A stretch of DNA of 40,924 bases, from contig JAJZLI010000032.1 of the NCBI GenBank assembly GCA_021803645.1, positions 1 through 40,924 on the forward strand. Reading direction: 5' to 3'. Positions 1-8,325 of the stretch are shown here, one piece after another. Within the stretch, counting starts at the first letter, position 1, and every line of letters starts with the position of its first letter. The position numbers and the translations under genes are program-made. The notes below the pieces were generated by a model, which saw nothing but the letters and a program-made list of their open reading frames with translations, did not search any database and was not told the origin of the DNA. The stretch is from a bacterium. Lineage in GTDB: Bacteria > Patescibacteriota > Dojkabacteria > JAKAPS01 > JAJZLI01.

Positions 1-19
1 TTCAGTTCCTCAAAATATA

Positions 20-1636
20 ATGAGTGTTGAATTCAAGATTATTGGGGATATGTCCATGAAGCAATTTGCTTTTATTGCTGTCCCTGCTTGTATTGGTTTT
101 ATAATGTTTATTGCCCATGTTAGTAATTATATTACAATTCCTCTGACGGGAATATTCTTACTTTTGGGAGTATTGGTTGCTTTTATACCCATTGATGATA
201 GACCTCTTGATCAATGGATTACCAATTTTTTAATTACCATTAAGAAGCCGACTCAAAGGATATGGATGAGAGAAGCTTCTGGTATACCTGCTGTACTTGA
301 TATTCCAAAATCTCCTACAATTTCTTCTTCTAATAAGGAAATTGCAACCTTTTTGTATCAAAATCCTTTTGATACAGCTATAAAAAATAATGTATCAAAT
401 GTTGATGGTGCATTAGAGTTAAAAGAAAGCATCCTTAATGCTAATATTGATAAAATTAATAAATTACTTACAACTGAGAAAATTGATACTAATGCAACAA
501 TATCTACTTCTCCTGTATCCTCGGTGTTAAGCAATAACCCCGTTTCTTACACGCCTTCAGTTCCACAACAGAATCCTCCAGAGAATAATAATGCAGGAAA
601 CTCAGTTGATAAAAATAATAGAGCAGAAGTAGAGATTAATAATGCAGAAGTTTCGAATACTAAATTGACTGAACCTGTTCCTAGTGATGGTTCTAATAGT
701 TCCGAAAATGCTTTATCTGGTATAGGTAACTCTCCTTCTTCTGTTGCACAAAATACCATTCCTGATGATAAAAACAATAGAGCTGAAGTGGGTATTAATA
801 ATGCAGAAGCTTCGAATACTAAATTGACTGAACCTGTTCCTAGTAATGGTTCTAATAGTTCCGAAAATGCTTTATCTGGTATAGGTAACTCTTCTTCTTC
901 TGTTGTACAAAATACCAGTTCTTATAGTCCCAATATACCTCCACCTTCTACTTTTACACAACAGAGTGGTCAACAAAATATAACAGATAGTAAAGTTGGG
1001 GATATTAACACTGAAATCAATAAAAATAATTTGGATAGTGTTAATAGTAATTCTGTAGTTACTCCAACTAATTCAGATTTTCATAGTAATAATTTGGTTA
1101 ATGGACAAAATGTTAATGCCTCTCAATCTCCTTTAGATAACAGTACCTCATCAAGGGATATTGAACTTTCAAAAATAATGGAGAGAATTAAACAACTTGA
1201 GATGGAAAATTCTAAATTAATGAATGAAGTTAATTCCAGAGTAGCACCAAATTATACTTTACAGAGTAATATTGAACAAGTAAAATCGAGGATGTCTTCC
1301 CAGTCAGGTACGTTTGATCAGCAGGAATTAATATCTAAACTTCCAGATTTTGTAAAAACCCCTAATGTAATTTCGGGAGTTATTGTAAATTCTGATGGAA
1401 CTTTGATTTCTGATGCTGTTGTGATAATAAAGGATTCAAATCAAAAACCTATAAGAGCTGTAAAATCTAATCAATTAGGACAGTTTTACACAAGGACGGC
1501 TCTTTTGAATGGGAGGTATAATATAGAAATTAATGCTCAGGGGTACAAATTTAATTCTGTAGGTATAGAGTTAACTGGATCTGTCGTAATGCCTTTTATA
1601 TTTATTCCTGTTATGCAGGAAAATAGTAACTTATAA
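20..1636 (+). CDS. PrgI/VirB3-like T4SS membrane protein with a long extension (S/N-rich tandem repeat, coiled coil, C-terminal carboxypeptidase-regulatory-like beta-sandwich)
   Basis: The N-terminus (MSVEFKIIGDMSMKQFAFIAV, then two hydrophobic helices, then PIDDRPLDQWITNF) matches the PrgI-family pattern. The same pattern recurs in the small ORF at 7506-7817. The middle is low-complexity N/S/P-rich with a 53-aa tandem duplication. A coiled-coil-like stretch follows (IMERIKQLEMENSKLMNEV). The C-terminus (VISGVIVNSDGTLISDAVVIIKDSNQKPIRAVKSNQLGQFY..GRYNIEINAQGYKF) looks like a CarboxypepD_reg fold. Confidence 0.6.
   Translation: MSVEFKIIGDMSMKQFAFIAVPACIGFIMFIAHVSNYITIPLTGIFLLLGVLVAFIPIDDRPLDQWITNFLITIKKPTQRIWMREASGIPAVLDIPKSPTISSSNKEIATFLYQNPFDTAIKNNVSNVDGALELKESILNANIDKINKLLTTEKIDTNATISTSPVSSVLSNNPVSYTPSVPQQNPPENNNAGNSVDKNNRAEVEINNAEVSNTKLTEPVPSDGSNSSENALSGIGNSPSSVAQNTIPDDKNNRAEVGINNAEASNTKLTEPVPSNGSNSSENALSGIGNSSSSVVQNTSSYSPNIPPPSTFTQQSGQQNITDSKVGDINTEINKNNLDSVNSNSVVTPTNSDFHSNNLVNGQNVNASQSPLDNSTSSRDIELSKIMERIKQLEMENSKLMNEVNSRVAPNYTLQSNIEQVKSRMSSQSGTFDQQELISKLPDFVKTPNVISGVIVNSDGTLISDAVVIIKDSNQKPIRAVKSNQLGQFYTRTALLNGRYNIEINAQGYKFNSVGIELTGSVVMPFIFIPVMQENSNL
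608..916 (+). repeat. In-frame tandem duplication, period 159 nt (53 aa), two copies
   Basis: Copy 1 starts at 608 (gataaaaataatagagcagaagta...) and copy 2 at 767 (gataaaaacaatagagctgaagtg...). About 150 nt of each copy is near-identical. Both encode DKNNRAEV.INNAE.SNTKLTEPVPS.GSNSSENALSGIGNS.SSV.QNT. Confidence 0.9.
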
Positions 1637-1647
1637 TATAATATTTT

Positions 1648-2334
1648 ATGGATAGCAAAAAAACACCAATTATTGCAACTACTCAAGCTCATTTAGATAT
1701 AGAGGAAATAAAAGATGATTTGCTTGTTTTAAAAAATGGAAATGTTTGTCTTGTTATTGAGACATCTGCAGTTAATTTCTATCTTTTGTCTGAGATTGAG
1801 CAAGAATCTAAAATTTATGCATTTGCTGGACTTTTAAATTCTCTGGGTTTTTATATTCAAGTTTTAGTACATACTGAGAATATTGATATTTCTAAATACT
1901 TGAAGTATTTGGATGATTTTAGGGAGAAACAAAAAGATCCCAAAGTAAAATATCAAATAGATATATATAGAAAATTTGTTAAGGATTTAATTGTAAAGAA
2001 TAACGTTCTTGACAAACATTTTTATATAGTTGTTCCTTCTTTTTCGTGGTCTACACAAAAACCATCTTTTACAAAGCAAATGTTTGGCAAAGAGGTTAAA
2101 TTAAATAATATTGATAGAATTATTGAACAGTCTAAATCAAGATTATTTCCTCGTAGGGATCATGTTATAAGACAACTGTCAAGGATGGGGTTAAAGTCAA
2201 AACAGCTTACTACAGCTGATTTAATTAAATTATTTTATAATATATATAATCCTATGAATGATAAGCTAAGGGGGGATTTTAATCAGTATACTGCTCCTTT
2301 AGTATCTTCTACTATGCAAATGAAACCTATATGA
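1648..2334 (+). CDS. Hypothetical T4SS-associated protein (paralog of 7801-8325; resembles a VirB4/TrbE N-terminal region)
   Basis: The ORF is 228 aa, and its stop overlaps the VirB4-like start (ATGA). The segment LDIEEIKDDLLVLKNGNVCLVIETSAVNFYLLSEIEQ aligns by eye with IIDIREGIIILKNSFYARLVEVFPTDVSFLEDTLKE of ORF 7801-8325. Both genes sit between a PrgI-like gene and a VirB4-like gene. Confidence 0.5.
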   Translation: MDSKKTPIIATTQAHLDIEEIKDDLLVLKNGNVCLVIETSAVNFYLLSEIEQESKIYAFAGLLNSLGFYIQVLVHTENIDISKYLKYLDDFREKQKDPKVKYQIDIYRKFVKDLIVKNNVLDKHFYIVVPSFSWSTQKPSFTKQMFGKEVKLNNIDRIIEQSKSRLFPRRDHVIRQLSRMGLKSKQLTTADLIKLFYNIYNPMNDKLRGDFNQYTAPLVSSTMQMKPI

Positions 2335-4334
2335 AATTACCATCTTTTTTTAAAAAACCTGCTGCAAGTGTTAACTCAAATGATGTTAATCCTGAAAATA
2401 CTAATACTACAGGATCACAACAGGGAACACCCAATACACCCAATTCTGCAATTGAGTTATTTGGAATGGGAATAAATTCCATAAAAGATATTATTGCCCC
2501 CCCTTCTATAGAAGTTGATTTTTCTAATATTAAGATTGGAGATAAATTTTTCAGGACATATTTTGCTCTTGCATATCCTAGATATGTAACTCCAAATTGG
2601 TTATCTCCATTAATTACATTTGAGCATTCTATAGACATTAGTATGTTTTATTATCCTATTGAAGCCAAGGAAGTCTTAGGACAGCTTAGAAAAAAGATTG
2701 CTGAGCTTGAGGCTACAACTAATACTATGATGGAGTCTGGTAAGGTGTTAGACCCTACGGTTAAGGTCGCATTGGAAGATGCCAAAGATTTACAGGATAA
2801 TCTTGCTAAAGGAGCTGAGCGATACTTTCATTTTGCTCTATATGTAACTGTAAGGGCTGATACCCTAGAAGATTTGGATGACATATCAAGGAATCTAGAA
2901 TCAACTTTGGGGGCAATGTCTCTCATAATTAAGCCGACAACTTTACAGATGGAAGGTGGTTTTCAGTCAACCCTCCCTGAAGGGTACGATAAGCTTTACT
3001 ATACCCATAATATGGATACTACTTCAATAGCGACAACATTTCCTTTTGTCTCCTCAGAACTTACTTCTGATAGAGGGGTGCTTTATGGTATTAATAAGGC
3101 TAATAAAAGTTTGGTTGTCTTTGATAGGTTTGACCTTGAGAATGCAAATTCCGTTGTTTTTGCAAAATCTGGTTCAGGTAAAAGTTATCTTGTAAAGCTA
3201 GAAGCTTTGAGGTCTTTGATGCTTGGTACCCAGATTATAATTATAGACCCTGAGAATGAGTATGAAACTTTGTGCAAGGCTCTTAATGGGCTTTACATTT
3301 CATTTACTCAGGATGGCAGAGATAAAATAAATCCCTTTGACTTGTCTGGAGTTTATGAAGAAGGTGAGGATGAACTTAGATTTAAAATATTATCTTTGCA
3401 CGGTCTCTTTAAAGTGATGCTTGGCAATGATGGTGGTCTTTCTAGTATAGAAGATGCTATTTTAGATAAAGCATTGATATTAACTTATAGGGACAAAGGA
3501 ATTACTTTTGACCCTGATACTCAGGTAAAAGACCCTCCACTTATGGAAGACCTTTATAAAGTTTTACAATCTATGGAAGAACCTGAAGCTCATGAATTAG
3601 CTACAAGGCTTGAAAAGTATATTAAAGGTTCTGCCTCTGGTATATTTGATACCCATACAACTGTAAACCTTGATAATGATTTTATTGTTTTTAGTATTAG
3701 GGATCTTTCTGATGAACTCCGGCCAATTGCTATGTTTTTAATGCTTGATCTTATATGGACTAGGGTAAAAAAAGATCTTAGAAAGAGAATTTTTATCATT
3801 GATGAAGCATGGATTCTAATGCAATATCCAGATAGTGCTCAATTTGTATATGCAGTTGCCAAAAGAGCTAGAAAGTACTACTTAGGTCTTACAACTGTAT
3901 CTCAAGATGTAGATGACTTTCTTTCAAATGATTATGGTAAAGCTGTTGTCACTAACTCTTCTATACAAATTCTTTTAAGGCAATCTCCTTCGGCAATAGA
4001 CCGTTTATCGGAAGTATTTTTCTTATCAGAGGGAGAAAAGAGTTTACTACTTTCTGCTGAGATTGGGGAAGGAATATTCTTTGTTGGTGCAAATCATGTT
4101 GCTATACAAGTATTGTCTAGTGAATATGAGCATAAACTAATCACTACAAACCCTGAAGAGATTTTAAAAATGAGAGAAAACCCTGAAGAGTCATCTTTAG
4201 ATCGTATTGTTCCTAATACTGTCGCAAATGAAACTCCTGTTGGTGGATTAAATAGTAATAGCGACATTCAGTTTAATACAGAGGATAATAATGATGTACA
4301 GGTGCAACCCAACTCTCAGAATATCGTCTCTTAG
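2331..4334 (+). CDS. VirB4/TrbE-family T4SS ATPase (copy 1, 667 aa)
   Basis: Walker A is FAKSGSGKS and Walker B is RIFIIDEAW. ARKYYLGLTTVSQD and SSIQILLRQ motifs are typical of VirB4/DUF87 ATPases. The N-terminal region has the IAPPSIEVDF..IKIGDKFFRTYFALAYPRYV pattern. The C-terminal ~60 aa are a low-complexity N/E/S-rich tail. Confidence 0.85.
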   Translation: MKLPSFFKKPAASVNSNDVNPENTNTTGSQQGTPNTPNSAIELFGMGINSIKDIIAPPSIEVDFSNIKIGDKFFRTYFALAYPRYVTPNWLSPLITFEHSIDISMFYYPIEAKEVLGQLRKKIAELEATTNTMMESGKVLDPTVKVALEDAKDLQDNLAKGAERYFHFALYVTVRADTLEDLDDISRNLESTLGAMSLIIKPTTLQMEGGFQSTLPEGYDKLYYTHNMDTTSIATTFPFVSSELTSDRGVLYGINKANKSLVVFDRFDLENANSVVFAKSGSGKSYLVKLEALRSLMLGTQIIIIDPENEYETLCKALNGLYISFTQDGRDKINPFDLSGVYEEGEDELRFKILSLHGLFKVMLGNDGGLSSIEDAILDKALILTYRDKGITFDPDTQVKDPPLMEDLYKVLQSMEEPEAHELATRLEKYIKGSASGIFDTHTTVNLDNDFIVFSIRDLSDELRPIAMFLMLDLIWTRVKKDLRKRIFIIDEAWILMQYPDSAQFVYAVAKRARKYYLGLTTVSQDVDDFLSNDYGKAVVTNSSIQILLRQSPSAIDRLSEVFFLSEGEKSLLLSAEIGEGIFFVGANHVAIQVLSSEYEHKLITTNPEEILKMRENPEESSLDRIVPNTVANETPVGGLNSNSDIQFNTEDNNDVQVQPNSQNIVS

Positions 4335-4998
4335 AATATCGTTACCATTTTTTACAAACATTGACTATTTCCGAAACAACCCATATAATGGGTATATTGT
4401 GAAATGGACAGATGGTTTAAATAAATTAGAATTCTTTGATCTGAAGGTGTTAAGACAATTTAACCCTTTGCCTAGTCAATCATTATATAAATTTGTCAAA
4501 AGGAGGGTTAAGGATCGTAACTTGATAAAGCTTAAAAAAGGCGTGTATACAACAAGTTATTTTGTTCAACATAACGATATCTTATCATATAGAGAAAGAG
4601 TTGCTAATTTCCTAAAAAAACCATCTTATTTAAGTTTGGAATATATGCTATCTAAATATTCTATTTTATCTGAAAATGTTTATGTTTTTACTTCAGTATC
4701 AACAAAAAAAACAAATAGGTATGTAAATGACCTTGGTACTTATTACTATCGTCATATTAAGGAGGAAATGTTTACTGGATATGTATTTGTAAATGGTGTG
4801 TACTTTGCTACAAAAGCAAAATCCCTTTTTGATTATTTTTATTTTAAAAAATATGTTTTAGAAATAGATTCTTTTAGATTAAATTTAGAAGAATTTTCTG
4901 ACCTTGATATGAAGGAATTTCTTAAATATTCTAAGGGAGATATTCGGATGATGGGTATATATAATTTACTTTTACAAAGGAAGAAAAATGTTTATTGA
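4291..4998 (+). CDS. AbiEi-like antitoxin / transcriptional regulator (type IV TA); start uncertain
   Basis: KRRVKDRNLIKLKKGVYT, PSYLSLEYMLSKYSILSE and ATKAKSLFDYFYF match the AbiEi family pattern (wHTH, then a rl.rGvY motif, then psYiSlesAL). The ORF overlaps the downstream AbiEii gene by 11 nt. The ATG at 4291 lies 44 nt inside the VirB4 gene. An in-frame GTG at 4399 is an alternative start. Confidence 0.6.
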   Translation: MMYRCNPTLRISSLRISLPFFTNIDYFRNNPYNGYIVKWTDGLNKLEFFDLKVLRQFNPLPSQSLYKFVKRRVKDRNLIKLKKGVYTTSYFVQHNDILSYRERVANFLKKPSYLSLEYMLSKYSILSENVYVFTSVSTKKTNRYVNDLGTYYYRHIKEEMFTGYVFVNGVYFATKAKSLFDYFYFKKYVLEIDSFRLNLEEFSDLDMKEFLKYSKGDIRMMGIYNLLLQRKKNVY

Positions 4999-6256
4999 GA
5001 AGCTGAGAAATATTATTCAAGAAAAAAAAACAATCTCGAGGGAGTTTATACGAAATGTCTTGAAGGTTGAATTAATATGGTATGTTTTGGAATTTATTTA
5101 TACATCAGAAAAATATAAAGATTTGATTTTTAAAGGAGGAACTTGTTTGAGTTTATGCTATGACCTTCCTAGGTTATCAGAAGATATTGATTTGGATTCT
5201 ACTAGAGAGATTGATCCTAATTTATTAAGGGAAGATTTAATTTTATTGTTTAAAAATCAACTTGCATATGACAATTTAAATGTCTCTATTACAAACCATA
5301 ACAATACTATCACATTAAAATTTCCTATTTTACATGAATTAGGGATAACTAGTGAAAATGAGAGTGATTTACTATATGTAAAGATAGATTTACAAAAGGT
5401 AGGATATTCTAACCCTCGTACTGAATTTATTGCCATTAGAAATTATGTTATTAATACATATCCTCTTTCAATTTTATTTTCTGGCAAAATTAATGCTATC
5501 TTTATGAGAAATAGACTTCGAGGTCATAAGAACTTGCTCTCTCCAAAGGGTAGGGATTATTTTGACCTTTTATGGTTTTTACAGAAAGGAATTAAGCCTG
5601 AACTTGATTTTATAGATAAAAATTTAAGTATCCTCTCTTTCCTAGATTTAAAATATCGTTTGGATATGAATGTAGATAAAGTTTGGGAGCATTATAAAAA
5701 TGACATAATTACAGATTTATCTCCTTTTATAGAAAAGCGGGAAATACTAGATCAATTTATTTCTTCTTTTCTGAGCCTTTATTATAAGTATTCCATAGGA
5801 ATATTTGATTATACATCAACAAATATTATTGGAAAGCAAAATTATTTAATAGACGAAATCAAAACTCTAATACAAAAATATAATTGTAAGATAGATAAAT
5901 TATACTTAGATGAAATGAATAATTATGAAAAAGGTGGAGGCTCATTTTATATTTCGAAAATATATGAGAATATATTCCAAGTTAAATTTTTAGAAGATAA
6001 GGCCAATATAAGAAACACTCCTACATCATCGATGAGTTATGTGTTATTTTATACTATTAATTTTCCGGCTAAGGGGATAATTGATCTAAAATTGAAAGTA
6101 TTACTAGATCCTCGTGTTAGTGTAGACCTAAGTACAATACAAAATAATATTGACTATCTAAGGGGTGAAATAAGTGAATATCAGGTATATATGGGGGAGC
6201 ATATTCCTGTATCAATTAAGGATACTTATTATATTCATTGTAAAATTCCCTTATAA
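4988..6256 (+). CDS. AbiEii/AbiGii-family nucleotidyltransferase toxin with an extra C-terminal region (422 aa)
   Basis: The motif FKGGTCLSLCYDLPRLSEDIDLD is the hallmark AbiEii (DUF1814) nucleotidyltransferase signature. KGRDYFDLLWF is the typical downstream motif. The gene is paired with an upstream AbiEi-like gene. Roughly the last 130 aa lie beyond what I recognise as the core. Confidence 0.8.
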   Translation: MFIEKLRNIIQEKKTISREFIRNVLKVELIWYVLEFIYTSEKYKDLIFKGGTCLSLCYDLPRLSEDIDLDSTREIDPNLLREDLILLFKNQLAYDNLNVSITNHNNTITLKFPILHELGITSENESDLLYVKIDLQKVGYSNPRTEFIAIRNYVINTYPLSILFSGKINAIFMRNRLRGHKNLLSPKGRDYFDLLWFLQKGIKPELDFIDKNLSILSFLDLKYRLDMNVDKVWEHYKNDIITDLSPFIEKREILDQFISSFLSLYYKYSIGIFDYTSTNIIGKQNYLIDEIKTLIQKYNCKIDKLYLDEMNNYEKGGGSFYISKIYENIFQVKFLEDKANIRNTPTSSMSYVLFYTINFPAKGIIDLKLKVLLDPRVSVDLSTIQNNIDYLRGEISEYQVYMGEHIPVSIKDTYYIHCKIPL

Positions 6257-6258
6257 AT

Positions 6259-6555
6259 TTGCCATGGATGGCAATGCATTACTGTAGATACTTGTTTAAT
6301 ATTGTACCCAATATGGAACAAGTACCAAATTTATCACAATTCGTTGGAAATATTACTTCTGTAATTATAACTATTGTTCAATCTGTCTTAGTTCTTATTG
6401 TTATATTTCTTGGAATACAATTTATTATGTATTCCAATAACCCACAGGAAAGATCTAGACTTGGAACTAAAATTATATGGGTATTAGTTGGGCTTTTTAT
6501 TATATTTGGTGCTCAAAATTTTAGTCATTTTCTACATGCGCTTATTCCTAGTTAG
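6259..6555 (+). CDS. VirB2/TrbC-like T4SS pilin-type small membrane protein
   Basis: It has two hydrophobic helices separated by a short polar loop (IVQSVLVLIVIFLGIQFIMYSNNPQERSRLGTKIIWVLVGLFIIFGA). This is the layout of T4SS pilin-family proteins. It sits just upstream of a VirB6-like gene. The ORF track start is a TTG at 6259. ATGs at 6268, 6274 and 6313 are alternatives. Confidence 0.55.
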   Translation: MPWMAMHYCRYLFNIVPNMEQVPNLSQFVGNITSVIITIVQSVLVLIVIFLGIQFIMYSNNPQERSRLGTKIIWVLVGLFIIFGAQNFSHFLHALIPS

Positions 6556-7519
6556 TATTATTACAATCTTTACAATACTATTCTTCATATCTGCCCCTGT
6601 TTATGCAAAGGGAAGCAATGGTACTCGTTTTAGTACAAGTTGTAGTAAAAACAATATATTTTATTCAATTCAAAATGTTTTATGTTCTTTTGGCTTTACT
6701 ATAAATCAATTTGTGGAATTCACTCCTAATATACTAAATAGTAGCTCAGATCCAAATACAAAATTTGGTGGTATTGCATATAGGGAATATAAAGATGGTA
6801 CAGAGTACATAGCTATATCATTGATACCCATACTTCTTTTTATAGGTATCATGATATACATCGGTGAGGCATCAGTTGGTCGTGGTGGGGTCTCTATGTA
6901 TGACTTACTGGTTAATACTATTTTTGCAATTTTTTTTATTTTACTCTCCCCATATATTCTATCCTATCTAATAACATTTATTAATGTTCTAGATAAATTT
7001 ATAATAGAGAATTTAATAGGATCATCTTCAGGAAATTTATTTACTCTTATCTTAGGTCATTTTACTCAATTTTCAATATTCGGTTTATTTGAAAATATTA
7101 TAAAGGTTATTTTATATATTGCATTAATTTTAGCATTATTTATTTTTTCTTTAGAATTTATTATTAGGTTTATATTACTCTGGATTTTAATATTGTTATT
7201 TCCAATATTTATAGTCTTTTCTTTATTTCCTATTTTTCAGGGAATGTTTAGGTCTATAACGTTAAAAATTATAGAACTTTTATTCATTCAACCTGCATTT
7301 CTTATAGGAATTTCTATATTTGTTGCTATTGTAAATAGTACTTCTATAACGGGAATACCTCAGTTTATTTTAGGTATATTAACTTTATATGCCCTATCTT
7401 TGATACCTTTTATTTTTAGTGGAAGTCTACATACCCCAGTACAAATCTTATCTGATCGTTTGAGATTGAACATATATAATACGACACAAAAGTTTTTAGA
7501 ACATAATGAAAAAGGTTAA
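6536..7519 (+). CDS. VirB6/TrbL-like polytopic T4SS membrane protein
   Basis: The start is placed at ATG 6536, giving a signal-like N-terminus (MRLFLVSIITIFTILFFISAPVYA|KG). At least 6 predicted TM helices follow a ~90-aa extracytoplasmic segment. The assignment rests on position between the pilin-like gene and the second VirB3/VirB4 module, not on a recognised motif. Confidence 0.5.
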   Translation: MRLFLVSIITIFTILFFISAPVYAKGSNGTRFSTSCSKNNIFYSIQNVLCSFGFTINQFVEFTPNILNSSSDPNTKFGGIAYREYKDGTEYIAISLIPILLFIGIMIYIGEASVGRGGVSMYDLLVNTIFAIFFILLSPYILSYLITFINVLDKFIIENLIGSSSGNLFTLILGHFTQFSIFGLFENIIKVILYIALILALFIFSLEFIIRFILLWILILLFPIFIVFSLFPIFQGMFRSITLKIIELLFIQPAFLIGISIFVAIVNSTSITGIPQFILGILTLYALSLIPFIFSGSLHTPVQILSDRLRLNIYNTTQKFLEHNEKG

Positions 7520-7817
7520 GGTATTAAAGTTTAAAAGTTTGAAGAACAACTATATCATACTATCATATGATTTTTATTGGATTACTTTATCCATAGTTAT
7601 TAACATTCTTTTGATTCTATTTATACATATAAATCTCAAATTAAAAGTTTTTTTTATTTCATTCATTCTTGCCTCTATGTATTTCTTGTTTAAGCAAAAT
7701 TTCAAAGGTAGGTTAATTATTATTTGGTTTTTTGATTTAATTAAATTCTTTTTTAGAGATAAGAAATTTTCATTTATGTTTCATTATTTTAGTATCCCTT
7801 ATGAAGAGCACAAGTAG
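7506..7817 (+). CDS. Small PrgI/VirB3-like membrane protein (copy 2)
   Basis: The ORF is 103 aa with two TM helices, followed by GRLIIIWFFDLIKFFFRDKKF. This parallels RPLDQWITNFLITIKKPTQ in ORF 20-1636. It overlaps both neighbouring genes. Confidence 0.45.
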   Translation: MKKVKVLKFKSLKNNYIILSYDFYWITLSIVINILLILFIHINLKLKVFFISFILASMYFLFKQNFKGRLIIIWFFDLIKFFFRDKKFSFMFHYFSIPYEEHK

Positions 7818-8325
7818 TTTTTTCCCTATTATTGATATTAGGGAAGGAATAATAATATTAAAAAATTCTTTTTATGCAAGGTTGGTAGAGGTATTTCCTA
7901 CAGATGTATCGTTTTTGGAAGATACATTAAAAGAAAATTTTATAAAAAAGTATGAAGCGTTCCTATTAGGTCTTAATTTGCAAATAAAATTGTCTGTTTG
8001 TAATTTAATAGTTTCCAAAGCTAATGCGCTACAGTATATTGGAAATATAGAAAACGAAAAACTTAAATTGCTATATGAAAATGAAATAAATACTACCCCA
8101 TTATTTTCAGAAATTTATGAGCAACGATATTTTGTAAGCTATATATTTGAGAGCAAAAGAAAGTCTTTAGTTTTTTCTCATGAATTTTCAGGAATTAAGA
8201 AATTAGTTACAAGTTATGATACGCAGTTAGAGTACCTTCTTATTCACATTGGGTTTGACCATAAGTTTATTTATAACAATCATGAGATAGAAGAGGTTTT
8301 TTCTTCTATTTACCTAAATGCATGA
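7801..8325 (+). CDS. Hypothetical T4SS-associated protein (paralog of 1648-2334)
   Basis: The ORF is 174 aa and shares the ATGA overlap with the downstream VirB4-like gene. Its N-terminal segment aligns by eye with ORF 1648-2334. Confidence 0.45.
   Translation: MKSTSSFFPIIDIREGIIILKNSFYARLVEVFPTDVSFLEDTLKENFIKKYEAFLLGLNLQIKLSVCNLIVSKANALQYIGNIENEKLKLLYENEINTTPLFSEIYEQRYFVSYIFESKRKSLVFSHEFSGIKKLVTSYDTQLEYLLIHIGFDHKFIYNNHEIEEVFSSIYLNA

Noticed and set aside
547-777. These are antisense or alternative-frame shadow ORFs inside longer genes. They are 547-777(-), 2327-2638(-), 3590-3799(-), 11232-11453(-), 12080-12268(+), 12452-12700(+), 13658-13936(+), 13707-14000(+), 14408-14692(+), 15034-15333(+), 15281-15478(+), 15795-16028(-), 15799-16032(+), 17085-17471(-), 17841-18032(-), 19669-19866(+), 20062-20409(+), 20336-20587(+), 21058-21549(+), 21422-21634(+), 21757-21951(+), 21873-22076(+), 22254-22463(+), 23609-23893(+), 24343-24573(-), 25751-26029(-), 26785-27030(-), 28706-28993(-), 28864-29046(-), 29830-30060(+), 30129-30422(-), 30839-31033(-), 31586-31780(-), 32352-32558(+) and 38614-38943(-).
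   Set aside because: Each is fully embedded in, or opposite to, a longer ORF with recognisable family motifs. Their translations are low-complexity or compositionally odd, and none has its own recognisable motifs. Such shadows are expected in AT-rich DNA.
4291-4334. The 44-nt overlap of VirB4 copy 1 and the AbiEi-like ORF considered as a programmed frameshift producing a fusion protein.
   Set aside because: I saw no slippery heptamer or downstream structure. The overlapping part of the AbiEi-like ORF (MMYRCNPTLRISSLRISLPFF...) looks non-conserved. A downstream GTG start (4399) explains the gene without invoking recoding.
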